Below, piece after piece: positions 1 through 9,754 of a DNA stretch of 64,000 nt (position 1 is the stretch's first letter; each line of letters starts with the position of its first letter). The notes beneath the pieces are model-generated. The model saw nothing but the letters and a program-made list of their open reading frames with translations, had not been told where the DNA came from and searched no databases. Origin of the DNA: an uncultured Clostridium sp. (lineage in GTDB: Bacteria; Bacillota; Clostridia; TANB77; CAG-508); the NCBI GenBank assembly GCA_964369695.1, contig CAYJGL010000002.1, positions 35-64,034 on the forward strand. The letters run 5' to 3'. Both the position numbers and the translations under genes were made by a program.

Positions 1-201
1 ATTGTTTTGTCAATACTTTTGTTCTATTTTAATAAAAAAATAAAGGTTATTTTTCAAACCTTTATTAAATATCTTTTATTCATAATCAAGTATTCCATCA
101 TCATATAATATTTTTCTTAATTTAGCTGTTATAGCATCATATGTTAAAGCTCTAGAATTATTGTTAATTATTTAATAATCAAATATCTCTTTTTTATAAT
201 T

Positions 202-801
202 TTAGTAAACTGTTGAGTTTTCTAATATTGTGTACATAACAGATGTTATTTTGTTATATGAATATTCGTCTAAAACCACTAATTGTTCGACGGGATGATT
301 TACTTTATGAGCATTCATCTGCGCTCCTGTTTCCATATTTAAAGCAGCTACTATAGATTCTGTATCACTACATTCCACCATTAAAACAGTTATTATATCA
401 CCATTTCTATCAGTAGCAAAAGCCGTATAAAATTTATAGTCTTCATCACCTACTATTATTCCTTCTGTTGTTCTATTCAATGGATCTTCTTCATATAGTG
501 GAATTTCTCTTATTACTCCTTCTGCAACCATCCTATTTTCAATATATGATCTTGACGAACTATTATTTTGTATATTATCAGTCCCTATATTTTCTATATT
601 AAGTGATGATATCATTAAATTCAAACTTTCTTCTAATTGTGCTTCTTTAGTTTCTTGTTCAGCTTTTGTAGCCATTGTTATAATTCCAGAATCTCCCAAC
701 AACATAGCTATTGAAATTCCTGCCAATATTAATAATACTATTATTGTGATTACTAGCGCAATTAAAGTTATACCCTTTTCTCCTTTTTGTATTTTTTTCA
801 T
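202..801 (-). CDS. prepilin-type N-terminal domain protein (type IV pilin / pseudopilin-like)
   Basis: The N-terminus MKKIQKGEKG/ITLIALVITIIVLLILAGISI has a short basic leader, a Gly, then ~20 hydrophobic residues, which is a class III prepilin-like signal. The +5 residue is Ala, not the canonical Glu. GGAGG lies upstream of the ATG. Confidence 0.55.
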   Translation of the reverse strand: MKKIQKGEKGITLIALVITIIVLLILAGISIAMLLGDSGIITMATKAEQETKEAQLEESLNLMISSLNIENIGTDNIQNNSSSRSYIENRMVAEGVIREIPLYEEDPLNRTTEGIIVGDEDYKFYTAFATDRNGDIITVLMVECSDTESIVAALNMETGAQMNAHKVNHPVEQLVVLDEYSYNKITSVMYTILENSTVY

Positions 802-863
802 ATTTTTTTCCTCCTATGTTTTATTTTTTTAATTAACTTTTAAAGTTAAATTTTAATAACAAA

Positions 864-2357
864 TTAATATACTATCATATATATAGTATTTTCTTTAAAT
901 ATTATTTGCTCTTCTAAAAATCTATCGTAATTCATCATATATTTTTCCATATAAATATCTATATCAAAAGATGTTCTTTCTAAATCTCTTTCAGTATAAT
1001 AATTTAATGTTTGCTTAATACTCCAAGGGCAAGATAATTTTCTTTCTGTCATTGAGCCTATAGGTTTTATACTCGGTGCATATTGCATTGGACTTAAGTC
1101 ATATATATATGCATATTTTTCTATTACATTTCCTGTTTCACTTTCATACTCATCCATTAATCTTTTAATAGTATACCCATTATTATGGTCAATCTTATTT
1201 GCTGCAATATGTTCAGTTATATTTTGCATTAAATAAATAGCATTAATTATGAATGAAATTATTATCAAAATATATGTTAATTTTTCAAATTTCTTGTTTT
1301 GTGTATTTAATGCTTGTACAAATAATATTATCAAAGATATTCCCCATACCATCGCAGCAGGATTATTAACTCGTCCAGCAGGGCCTGTGTCAAAAATAAA
1401 CATTGGCACAAAACATATTAATGCACATATAAATATAAATAATATATATTGAAGAACCATTTCTTTTTTTGTCTTCATAATTATTAATAATAGTATTGTC
1501 AAAATGACAATAAAATTATTCATATATTGCGGTAACATATTCATTGTCTTATTCCATATTTCTATAAAATATCTCCATATAGTTACAATTCTGACTTGAA
1601 AATCTTCTATATTTTCAATTGTTAATGTTCTATTTTGATTGCTTCCTAAAATATTTTTACTTAATTCCACTATACCATATACAATTCCTAATATCAATAT
1701 TACTATTAATATTATTTTAAATATATCTATAAATGCTTCTTTTTCTTTTATTTTATATTCTCTTACATCAATAAGTTGTTTTACTATATATAATAATATT
1801 ACTAACACTGGAAAAATGTTAATTGTTCCTTGATATGAAATACCAGCTAATAACAATAACACAAAACTTTTAATATATTTATATTTTTTATTTTCTATTA
1901 TTATTTTTGATGATATGACTACAAGTAACACACCTAAACACATAACTGCAGATTCTGGAAATAACAAGTATTCTAATGTAAACTGATTTAAAATCAATAC
2001 AAAACTGGCTAGTACAAGCATCGTCTCAATAACTATATTGTTTTTATTAATAATTTTCATTAATGTTTTACTGAACAAATATATTGATGTTGCTATAAAT
2101 ATAATACCTATAAAATCCATTCCAACTATATATATATTATATGGTATATTTAATATCCCTGCCAAATAACATACAATTGATGAAATCAGTCTACCATCTA
2201 GTAAAAAGTACTCTTGTGGATAGTTCATGTATCCTAAGTCAATTAATACATATGTATCTGAAGAATAATGCATTTGTAAAAAATTTTGACAAATTAATAA
2301 TGTTACTACAAATATTATTCCATATTTTATAAATTCCATTTTTTTTTGTTTTATCAT
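864..2357 (-). CDS. polytopic membrane protein, probable GT-C-type glycosyltransferase (GtrII-like); paralog of 21619..23106
   Basis: 497 aa with >10 hydrophobic segments. Long colinear identity to the second copy (FLQMHYSSDTYVL..GYMNYPQ.YFLLDGR.ISSIVC, NQFTLEYLLFPESAVMCLGVLL, FDTGPAGR.N, TERKLSC.WSI.Q). The family assignment is from memory of the GtrII/GT-C architecture only. Confidence 0.5.
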   Translation of the reverse strand: MIKQKKMEFIKYGIIFVVTLLICQNFLQMHYSSDTYVLIDLGYMNYPQEYFLLDGRLISSIVCYLAGILNIPYNIYIVGMDFIGIIFIATSIYLFSKTLMKIINKNNIVIETMLVLASFVLILNQFTLEYLLFPESAVMCLGVLLVVISSKIIIENKKYKYIKSFVLLLLAGISYQGTINIFPVLVILLYIVKQLIDVREYKIKEKEAFIDIFKIILIVILILGIVYGIVELSKNILGSNQNRTLTIENIEDFQVRIVTIWRYFIEIWNKTMNMLPQYMNNFIVILTILLLIIMKTKKEMVLQYILFIFICALICFVPMFIFDTGPAGRVNNPAAMVWGISLIILFVQALNTQNKKFEKLTYILIIISFIINAIYLMQNITEHIAANKIDHNNGYTIKRLMDEYESETGNVIEKYAYIYDLSPMQYAPSIKPIGSMTERKLSCPWSIKQTLNYYTERDLERTSFDIDIYMEKYMMNYDRFLEEQIIFKENTIYMIVY

Positions 2358-2392
2358 TTGAATTTTAACCTTTCTATTTATATAAATATTAT

Positions 2393-2881
2393 TTACTTTT
2401 TATTATATATAACAAAATCAAAATTATATTGACTTAAACCATCTTGATTACCTTGTTCTCTTGAAATTTCTTCCCAAATATCTAAATTGATTTTCGGAAA
2501 AAATGTATCTCCTTCAAACTCTTCGTCAATTTCTGTTATATACATTTTTTTAACATGTGGCATAAGTAAGTTATATATCATCGCTCCACCTATTACAAAA
2601 CATTCTTCTTTTGACTCAATGTATTCTTGGATTTCTAACATTGATGTTACAACTTTAACATTTTCATCTTTTATTATATAATCTCTATTTTGACTAAATA
2701 CTACATGTTTTCTATCTGGAAGTGTTTTTCCTAATGATTCAAATGTTTTTCTTCCCATAATTATTGTATGATTTTTCGTTAATTCTTTGAATCTTTTTAA
2801 ATCTTCTGGAATATTCCATACTACTTTATTTTCTTTTCCAATTATATTGTTTTTCCCTTTTGCTACTACTATACTTAACAT
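2393..2881 (-). CDS. folA: dihydrofolate reductase
   Basis: 162 aa. Matches the DHFR pattern: MLSIVVAKGKNNIIGKENKVVWNIPEDLKRFKELTKNHTIIMGRKTFESLGKTLPDRKHVVFS, then VIGGAMIY. Confidence 0.9.
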   Translation of the reverse strand: MLSIVVAKGKNNIIGKENKVVWNIPEDLKRFKELTKNHTIIMGRKTFESLGKTLPDRKHVVFSQNRDYIIKDENVKVVTSMLEIQEYIESKEECFVIGGAMIYNLLMPHVKKMYITEIDEEFEGDTFFPKINLDIWEEISREQGNQDGLSQYNFDFVIYNKK

Positions 2882-2904
2882 TATTTTCTCCTATATTTAT
2901 ACAT

Positions 2905-3576
2905 TTATTTTTTCTTTTTATTTTCATTTAATTCTTTTTGTTTTTTATTATCTTTTTCAAATTTCATTACTAATCCTAATACTGTCAACATGTATGTTAC
3001 CAATATATATGACAATGTAAACATTCCTACTGGAATTCTAGCAATAGCTATTATACTAAACATTAATAATTGTGCTACTCCTATTACTATTACAGAAGTT
3101 AGTATAACTTTAAATACATTTTGTTTCTTATATCTTATTCCCATATATACTAATATTAAAAGTGTCGATATAGCAAATGGTAACATATATGGTTTTAATA
3201 TGTCTCTTAATCTTGTATGTGGTATATCTGTTATATCAACTGACTCTGCTGTAATTTCCAAACCATATTTTTCGTTTACTTTTGTTATTGTATTATTTTT
3301 TTCTTCTTCTGTAATTTGTTCAGCTATTATATTCACAGTATCTTCAAAAACTTCTACTTTTTGTATTAATACTGATTTATTTGGTATAGTTTCATTTGTT
3401 ATTTGTTTTATATCATTTTCATTAAATTCTGTTTCTAAATATAATTGTATTTGATTTGTTTTTTCATATTCAAGTCCAAATTCAAATCCTGTTGTTGCTA
3501 TAATACTAATCCCTGCAATAATTACTAACAATATTACTACTAATAGTATTTTTATTTTATTTGATATTTTTTTCAT
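2905..3576 (-). CDS. SecF-like membrane protein (divergent, short)
   Basis: N-terminal TM, a ~110 aa extracytoplasmic domain, then about 3 TMs. Lies directly downstream of the SecD-like gene. The GG motif position reads GFEFGLEYEKT instead of GIDFTGG. At 223 aa it is shorter than typical SecF. Confidence 0.4.
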   Translation of the reverse strand: MKKISNKIKILLVVILLVIIAGISIIATTGFEFGLEYEKTNQIQLYLETEFNENDIKQITNETIPNKSVLIQKVEVFEDTVNIIAEQITEEEKNNTITKVNEKYGLEITAESVDITDIPHTRLRDILKPYMLPFAISTLLILVYMGIRYKKQNVFKVILTSVIVIGVAQLLMFSIIAIARIPVGMFTLSYILVTYMLTVLGLVMKFEKDNKKQKELNENKKKK

Positions 3577-3591
3577 TATTTTATACTCCTT

Positions 3592-5007
3592 CTATTTACC
3601 CATTTTTATTCTTATTAGAATATTTGTTATTGTAATATTATATACTGCAATTACAATTAATCCCCAAAACATTATCATTCCAAAACTACTAATAGGAATT
3701 AGACTCATAAAAGAAAAAGTAATACTTATAATAGCTATTGGTATCATAATAGTAAAAAATTCTTTGTATGTTTCTCTTATAGAAAGTTCTACATTATTTC
3801 CTTCTTTTATTTTTGTTAATAATTTATATATAAAATAAATTTGTAGAAGTAATATTATAATTATTGCAATTATACCTTCTATTGATAAAAGAACATTTGT
3901 ATATCTTATTATTAAAGTATATATACTTAATAAACCTATGATAGCAAGTGAACTTAGTAAACCATTAACTTTAAATTTAATTGTAAAAATAACTATTGTT
4001 ATTAATAATAGTGCTAATATTCCATATACTACATATATTAAAGTTTGTTCTGAAATATTTGATTTTATGAATTGATTTTCTGTAATATCATATTTTACAG
4101 GCATTTCACCATTTTTCATAACAGTTGCCATACTTGTAGCTTGTTTTACATTCTCACTAAGAACTTCTTGGTCTGCTGTTGCACTTCCCATAACAAGTGA
4201 TAATTCTCCAGTTTTTATAGGTTCTGTAAATTCTGTAGACATTATATCCGCATCATCTACTCTCATTGTAATGCTATTATCTACTGGTTCTTGCTCAATA
4301 GCTTCTTCAGGATTTTCTGCTTCTAGTGTTTCTGTATTTATTTCTTCTGGTATAGGTACATATTTATTTGTAATATCTTCTAATTTTTTAGTACCTTCAT
4401 TATCAAATTCTATTACTAAATACACTTCTGTTCCAGGAGCGGTATTACTTTGACTGGCTCCTTCCATAACAACAACATCTTTTATATCATTATTATCCAT
4501 TAAGACTTCTTCTGTATTTGTATCTACGATTTCAAAATTCCCCACTCCATACATATTTGATACAACAAAATCTGTATTTTCATATTCTGGTAGCTCAATA
4601 ACTATATCACCAGTTTGTTCATCTAATCGCACTATATAGTCGTTAACACTTAATTCCGATAATCTTTTTTCAATTATTTCTTTTGATTTCAAAAAGTTCT
4701 CTTGTGTTTTTTCTTCATCATTATTATATTTGAATTCTTCTTTAACATACCCATTTGCTGATATATCTTCATCAGTTAATGTTTCTGCATCTTTAATTAT
4801 ATTTCCTTCTGCATCTTTAACAACAGAATACGTTGAATCACTAACACTCAAACGAACTACTCTCTTACCTTCTAGATTTTTTGAATATTCATATCCATTT
4901 ATTTGATTTTTCATATAATTTAATTCTTGAGAATATATTCCAAAAAATCCAATCATTGTTATTAATACTATTACTAATATTACTGTTAATATTTTTACTA
5001 CTTTCAT
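3592..5007 (-). CDS. SecD-like membrane protein (divergent)
   Basis: 471 aa with SecD topology: N-terminal TM, a ~300 aa extracytoplasmic domain, and 5 C-terminal TMs. The usual LGLDL.GG motif is degenerate (NLEGKRVVRLSV). Confidence 0.45.
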   Translation of the reverse strand: MKVVKILTVILVIVLITMIGFFGIYSQELNYMKNQINGYEYSKNLEGKRVVRLSVSDSTYSVVKDAEGNIIKDAETLTDEDISANGYVKEEFKYNNDEEKTQENFLKSKEIIEKRLSELSVNDYIVRLDEQTGDIVIELPEYENTDFVVSNMYGVGNFEIVDTNTEEVLMDNNDIKDVVVMEGASQSNTAPGTEVYLVIEFDNEGTKKLEDITNKYVPIPEEINTETLEAENPEEAIEQEPVDNSITMRVDDADIMSTEFTEPIKTGELSLVMGSATADQEVLSENVKQATSMATVMKNGEMPVKYDITENQFIKSNISEQTLIYVVYGILALLLITIVIFTIKFKVNGLLSSLAIIGLLSIYTLIIRYTNVLLSIEGIIAIIIILLLQIYFIYKLLTKIKEGNNVELSIRETYKEFFTIMIPIAIISITFSFMSLIPISSFGMIMFWGLIVIAVYNITITNILIRIKMGK

Positions 5008-5041
5008 TATTTTTTCCTCTCATCTTTTAATATATTGTTTT

Positions 5042-5701
5042 TTATAATAACTTTGTTTCATTTATTTTTAGTTCAAACCATATTTTTAAATATTTAGCAG
5101 CATATTTACTCATCATTGTTCTATCCATAAATATCTCAAAATAATCTAACACAGGACACAAATTAGTGTCAATTTTTAAATCTAATAATATTTTTTTGGT
5201 ATCAGTATTTAATATTAGGTCAGAGTTAGTAACAGCATAATTAACTCTATCATGTATATCAAATGTAGATAAATTTGTATCTGTAACTCTTTTTCTATGA
5301 ACATCTGATTTATCTGCTAAAATAAGAGCTGCAGATATTTCACTTACTGCATTTCCTGTTTTTTCATCATGATTACCTATTGCCATCATTATTTTTGTTC
5401 TCTCTTCTATATTCATACCCATATCTTTTAATATTTGATTCGCCATAATAGCTCCTGTATGTGCATGGTCAATTCTATTTACACAATTCCCGATATCATG
5501 CATATATCCTGCTATTTCTGTTAATTCAACAGTTCTTTTATCATATCCTAAATCTCTCAAAATACCACTTGCTCTTTGTGATACAATAGTTATATGTCTA
5601 TGTCCATGTTCTGTATATCCTAGTGCTTTTAGCTGTGTTTGACTTCCATTTATTAAAGCTTCAATTTCTTGATTTTCTTTAACGTCTTTTAAAGTTATCA
5701 T
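5042..5701 (-). CDS. HD-domain phosphohydrolase
   Basis: Contains H..H and HD motifs: TEHGHRHITIVSQRA ... IAGYMHDIGN ... HAHTGA ... IGNHDE. Confidence 0.8.
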   Translation of the reverse strand: MITLKDVKENQEIEALINGSQTQLKALGYTEHGHRHITIVSQRASGILRDLGYDKRTVELTEIAGYMHDIGNCVNRIDHAHTGAIMANQILKDMGMNIEERTKIMMAIGNHDEKTGNAVSEISAALILADKSDVHRKRVTDTNLSTFDIHDRVNYAVTNSDLILNTDTKKILLDLKIDTNLCPVLDYFEIFMDRTMMSKYAAKYLKIWFELKINETKLL

Positions 5702-5823
5702 AATTGCCTCCTAGTTCAGACTTTTAAATTCTATATTAAAAAATAAAAAAATTCAACAGTTTTAACAAAATTTTTTTTTAATTTCTAGTATATTTTATCC
5801 ATTTTCAAACTTAATATTACAAT

Positions 5824-6387
5824 TTATTTATCTATTTGAATTACATTTAATTTAATTTCATAATTATATATTATTTCTTCAATTTCTTCTTGACTTTTAC
5901 CTTTTTTAACTAATTCTTTTTTAACTGTTTCTATTTCATCTTTATTATATTTTACTTCTAATCTAAAATAATTACTCTCTTTCTCTCCTGTTTTCAATTT
6001 AAAATATTCAGTCTTATCATTAATCACTTCTATTTCTATATCATCTATATATAATGTATATTCAGATACATTATCATATTTTCTTAATATTTCAATACTG
6101 TATTCTGCACTAATACTATTAATATTTTGATTTTCATCAAAATTTGAAACTTGAAATTTATAAATGTATATGTCTTCTATATTTATAATCTCAACCTTTT
6201 CATCTTCTAAAATAGATATTATTGGCTTTTCGATATTTCCTGAAATATTTATAATATTTTCTGCTATTCCTTTTGCAAAACTTGTATTAGAAAACAGCAG
6301 AATACATACACTTAAAATTATAACTAGAAAGTTTAATATTTTTGTTTTCTTAATTTTTTTAATTTTATTTTTTTCTTTATTTACCAT
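5824..6387 (-). CDS. small secreted hypothetical protein
   Basis: Basic N-terminus, a hydrophobic core and an AXA-like site (LLFSNTSFA/KG). No recognisable family. Confidence 0.6.
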   Translation of the reverse strand: MVNKEKNKIKKIKKTKILNFLVIILSVCILLFSNTSFAKGIAENIINISGNIEKPIISILEDEKVEIINIEDIYIYKFQVSNFDENQNINSISAEYSIEILRKYDNVSEYTLYIDDIEIEVINDKTEYFKLKTGEKESNYFRLEVKYNKDEIETVKKELVKKGKSQEEIEEIIYNYEIKLNVIQIDK

Positions 6388-6410
6388 GACCCACTCTCCT
6401 TTTTTGATAT

Positions 6411-6443
6411 ATAAAAATTAGGGTAAGAAAATCCCTACCCTAA
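6411..6443 (-). terminator. rho-independent terminator after 6659..7231
   Basis: A perfect 8-bp stem, ttagggta / taccctaa (6418-6425 / 6436-6443). On the minus strand it is followed by a U5 run (plus-strand aaaaa 6413-6417). Confidence 0.5.
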
Positions 6444-6658
6444 CTTTAGAATAAAACTTTAACACCACAGACCTATAATGGTATCAATTCATTTTTATTT
6501 ATATTAAATTATATATTATTCAACAAATTATTTTAACTTTACTTTTTAGATTATTAGGATATCTCTTTTTTGAACTATAAGTATTTATTACTTATTTCTT
6601 GATTTAAAACTTTTATATTAATATCTAAAAACATTTGATTTAAACTCTTTAACTTTGA

Positions 6659-7231
6659 TTATAATGACATTTGTGTTCCTGATACAATTATTTGAAATGA
6701 GTAGTTTGAAATATTTTGCATATCTTGAGTATCTATTAAATCATTTTGATATATTTCTTCATCAGTATTTCCTGTTTCATATCTCCACTCCCAGTTAATT
6801 GTAATTACTTTTGTTTTGTTTTCATTATCCATACTTATTGTATCTGATAATATTTCATCTAGTTCTGTTATTGAATTATATACTTTATCTTGATAAATAA
6901 ATTTTAGATTTCGGGGTTTATCTGTTTCATTTAAAAATCTAATATTATATTCAACACCAACTTCCGTACCTGTAGCATCTATGATTATATCAAAACTTCC
7001 ATTTGTTCCTGGTGCTATTTTTCCATTTTGCAATTCAGATTTCATATTAATTGTATGAACTTCATGTGATTGTCCATTTACTTTGAAATCCCATGTTGCT
7101 ATTTGCGCCATAACTTCACCACGTACGTCTTTTGCGTATCTTGCATATGATTGTCCACCAACAAATGATAGAATTATACTTATTAGTATTACTGATATAA
7201 TTATTATTTTTTTCTTTTTCCCTATAATCAT
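6659..7231 (-). CDS. secreted hypothetical protein (N-terminal signal/anchor)
   Basis: 190 aa. MIIGKKKKIIIISVILISIILSFVGGQSYARYAKD is followed by a beta-rich domain. The GG.SYA.Y junction is reminiscent of SipW-type/TasA-like signals, but I cannot confirm that. Driven by a perfect consensus promoter. Confidence 0.6.
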   Translation of the reverse strand: MIIGKKKKIIIISVILISIILSFVGGQSYARYAKDVRGEVMAQIATWDFKVNGQSHEVHTINMKSELQNGKIAPGTNGSFDIIIDATGTEVGVEYNIRFLNETDKPRNLKFIYQDKVYNSITELDEILSDTISMDNENKTKVITINWEWRYETGNTDEEIYQNDLIDTQDMQNISNYSFQIIVSGTQMSL

Positions 7232-7338
7232 CCCTCCTTATATATTTTATATTTGTTTTGAAATTTTTAAGATTAATTAGTCGAATTTAAAATTAATTTA
7301 GATTTAAATTTTGTTGAATTAATATATAATTTATATGT

Positions 7339-7367
7339 ATTATAGTTTAAGTTATTATCTTTGTCAA
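7339..7367 (-). promoter_or_regulatory. consensus sigmaA-type promoter for 6659..7231
   Basis: The minus strand reads TTGACA (7367..7362), a 17-nt spacer, then TATAAT (7344..7339). It lies about 108 nt upstream of the ATG at 7231. Confidence 0.65.
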
Positions 7368-7409
7368 ACACTTTTCATCGCAAATTCCAAGCTTTTTCGA
7401 CATATAGGA

Positions 7410-7438
7410 TAAAAATAGAGTATAATTAAATACTCTAT
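7410..7438 (-). terminator. rho-independent terminator downstream of hemW
   Basis: Stem atagagta / tactctat (7415-7422 / 7431-7438) with an 8-nt loop. On the minus strand it is followed by UUUUU (plus aaaaa 7410-7414). A second imperfect 12-bp hairpin lies at 7465..7509. Confidence 0.55.
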
Positions 7439-7651
7439 TAGATTTATATTTACAGATATAAAACAAAGTAGAAAACCAATTAATAAATTTATTTTCAGTT
7501 CTCTACTTTAGTTATAATATAATTATTTTTTTATGATAACCTTAATTTAAAATTGTTTATTAATTTCATTAAATATATTTAAATACTATATATATTTCTA
7601 AGTTGTTTGGATTATACAATATTTTAATTGATTTGTATGTATACTTATAAC

Positions 7652-8821
7652 TTAAACAAACTGTTCCCATACTAAATTAGCGAAGTCTAGTCCCTTATTT
7701 GAAAGTTTAATAATATCACCATCTATAATCAACAATTCTTGATTGACCAAATATTCTAATTCTTTTTTGAATATATATATTGGATTATCAATAAATTTTT
7801 CTTTGAATTTAGATATAGAAATCCCTTTTAACATCCTAAGACCTAATATCATATATTCTTTTTGCATATCAATCAGATTCTGTATTTCTTGAACTTCTTT
7901 TTCATAATTAATATTCTCTTTATTAACTCTAATATTAAAAAATCTTTTTTTATCAATATATGAATGTGCTCCTAGTCCAAATCCTATATATTCTTTTTGT
8001 TCCCAACAGTTAACATTGTGTTTAGACTCTTTTCCCTTTTTAGCAAAATTAGATATTTCGTAATGATTATATCCTATTAATTCTAGTTTGTTTTTTATAT
8101 ACCAATACATATTTCTTTCTATTTCTTCATCTAATTCTTTCAATTCTCCTGATAATATTTTTTTCTCTATTTTTGTATCTTCTTCGATTATCAAAGAATA
8201 TATACTTACATGATTAGGATTTAGCTTTTTTACAATATCTATCGTTTTAGATACATCTTCCATAGTTTGATTAGGAAGTCCTATTATTAAATCAAAATTA
8301 ATACTTTGAAATCCGATATTTATAGCCATATTATATACTTCTTCAAATTCTTTATATGTATGTATTCTTCCTATTTGTTTTAATAAATTATCATTAACAC
8401 TTTGAAGTCCAATACTTAATCTATTAATTCCTATTTCATAGTATTTTTTCAGTTTTTTGTTTGCAACTGTTCCTGGGTTTATTTCAATAGTAATTTCTAT
8501 ATCTTCAAACTTAGTGGTTTTACTCTCGTTTTGAATTTTATTTTTTAACCCCCCTATTATTTCTTCTATGTATTTTTCATCTATATATGATGGTGTTCCA
8601 CCTCCAATATATATTGTTGTTACTACATATTTAGAAAAATCAAAACTTTTTATTTCTAATATAACTTTTTCTATATACTTTTTTATTTCACTATTTAAAT
8701 CTTTATTTCCAATTTTATCTTTTACATTATCAAAAGATAAGAAATCGCAATAATCACATTTTTTCTTACAAAAAGGAATATGTATATATATTCCTAATTC
8801 GTTTTTCTCTTTTTCTTCCAT
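7652..8821 (-). CDS. hemW: radical SAM protein, HemW/HemN-like (heme chaperone / oxygen-independent coproporphyrinogen oxidase family)
   Basis: GIYIHIPFCKKKCDYCDF is the CxxxCxxC radical SAM motif in the HemN-like context. Also has GGGTPS, and the 389 aa length fits. Confidence 0.85.
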   Translation of the reverse strand: MEEKEKNELGIYIHIPFCKKKCDYCDFLSFDNVKDKIGNKDLNSEIKKYIEKVILEIKSFDFSKYVVTTIYIGGGTPSYIDEKYIEEIIGGLKNKIQNESKTTKFEDIEITIEINPGTVANKKLKKYYEIGINRLSIGLQSVNDNLLKQIGRIHTYKEFEEVYNMAINIGFQSINFDLIIGLPNQTMEDVSKTIDIVKKLNPNHVSIYSLIIEEDTKIEKKILSGELKELDEEIERNMYWYIKNKLELIGYNHYEISNFAKKGKESKHNVNCWEQKEYIGFGLGAHSYIDKKRFFNIRVNKENINYEKEVQEIQNLIDMQKEYMILGLRMLKGISISKFKEKFIDNPIYIFKKELEYLVNQELLIIDGDIIKLSNKGLDFANLVWEQFV

Positions 8822-8842
8822 ATCTATTCCTTTATTTTAGTA

Positions 8843-9739
8843 TTATATTTCATTTGCAAGCTCAATTATCTTCTTAAGCCTGTAATTAACACCTGATTTA
8901 CCAATTGGCTTTTCTAATTTATTCCCTAATTCTATTAATGAAAGATTAGGATTTTTTATCCTTAATTCTGCTAATTCTTTTAAATTATCGTCTAGTTTGT
9001 GTAAGTTACCGCTATTTTTTAATTTTTCAATTGCTGTTATTTGTTCTACTGATGCATTAATTATCTTATTCAAATTAGCTGTTTCGCAATTTACAATTCT
9101 ATTTATCTTTCCATTCATTTCTTTTTGAATTCTAATATCTTCAAACTTCATAACAGCTTTATTTGCACCTATTAATGCGAGTATTTTAGAAATTTCTTCG
9201 CCTTCTTTTATATATATCAAACATATATTTTCTGTTTCCATTATTTTAGCTTTAATCTCTAATTTTTCTAATATTTTCAATATATTTTCTGCATTTTTCT
9301 TATTTAAAAATTTCATTTCAAAATGATATTTTTTTTCTGGATTGTTTATAGATCCCGAACCCAAAAATGCTCCTTTTACTATATTTTTATAAATTTCTTC
9401 AATTAATTTTTCATTCAAAAAATTTTCTTTTATATATATACTATTATCGACAATATCAATATATTCTTTTGTTATATTTTCTAAATCTTTTGTTTTACAC
9501 TTAATATTAAATATTTTCCCATTTACGTCTATTTGATGATTTATATCTAAATTTGAAAGTATTTTTGAAAATCTATTAATATTGTAATCACTTTCTGTTC
9601 CAAATTTTATTTCATTTTTATTAATAAATGTTATATTATCTGTAATTAAATATCCTATTAATTCAAATGTCAATAATTTTTTATTAACTAAATTACTACT
9701 TTTATTTAATTCTTGCTTTATTTCTGAAGTAAATGACAT
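8843..9739 (-). CDS. whiA: DNA-binding protein WhiA
   Basis: Characteristic MSFTSEIKQEL N-terminus, LAGLIDADG-like middle region, and a C-terminal HTH (LSLIELGNKLEKPIGKSGVNYRLKKI). Confidence 0.85.
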   Translation of the reverse strand: MSFTSEIKQELNKSSNLVNKKLLTFELIGYLITDNITFINKNEIKFGTESDYNINRFSKILSNLDINHQIDVNGKIFNIKCKTKDLENITKEYIDIVDNSIYIKENFLNEKLIEEIYKNIVKGAFLGSGSINNPEKKYHFEMKFLNKKNAENILKILEKLEIKAKIMETENICLIYIKEGEEISKILALIGANKAVMKFEDIRIQKEMNGKINRIVNCETANLNKIINASVEQITAIEKLKNSGNLHKLDDNLKELAELRIKNPNLSLIELGNKLEKPIGKSGVNYRLKKIIELANEI

Positions 9740-9754
9740 TAAATTTCACACCCC

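Noticed and set aside
72-175. Minus-strand reading frame downstream of the pilin-like gene encoding ...NNSRALTYDAITAKLRKILYDDGILDYE*.
   Set aside because: It looks protein-like, but it is bounded upstream by a stop codon after only ~31 codons and has no ATG/GTG/TTG start or SD. It may be a gene remnant, but that cannot be supported from this window.
802-863. Short AT-only hairpin ttaactt/aagttaa between the GT-C-like gene and the pilin-like gene, as a terminator.
   Set aside because: It is a 7-bp all-A/T stem with no U-run on the transcribed strand, which makes it too weak to call.
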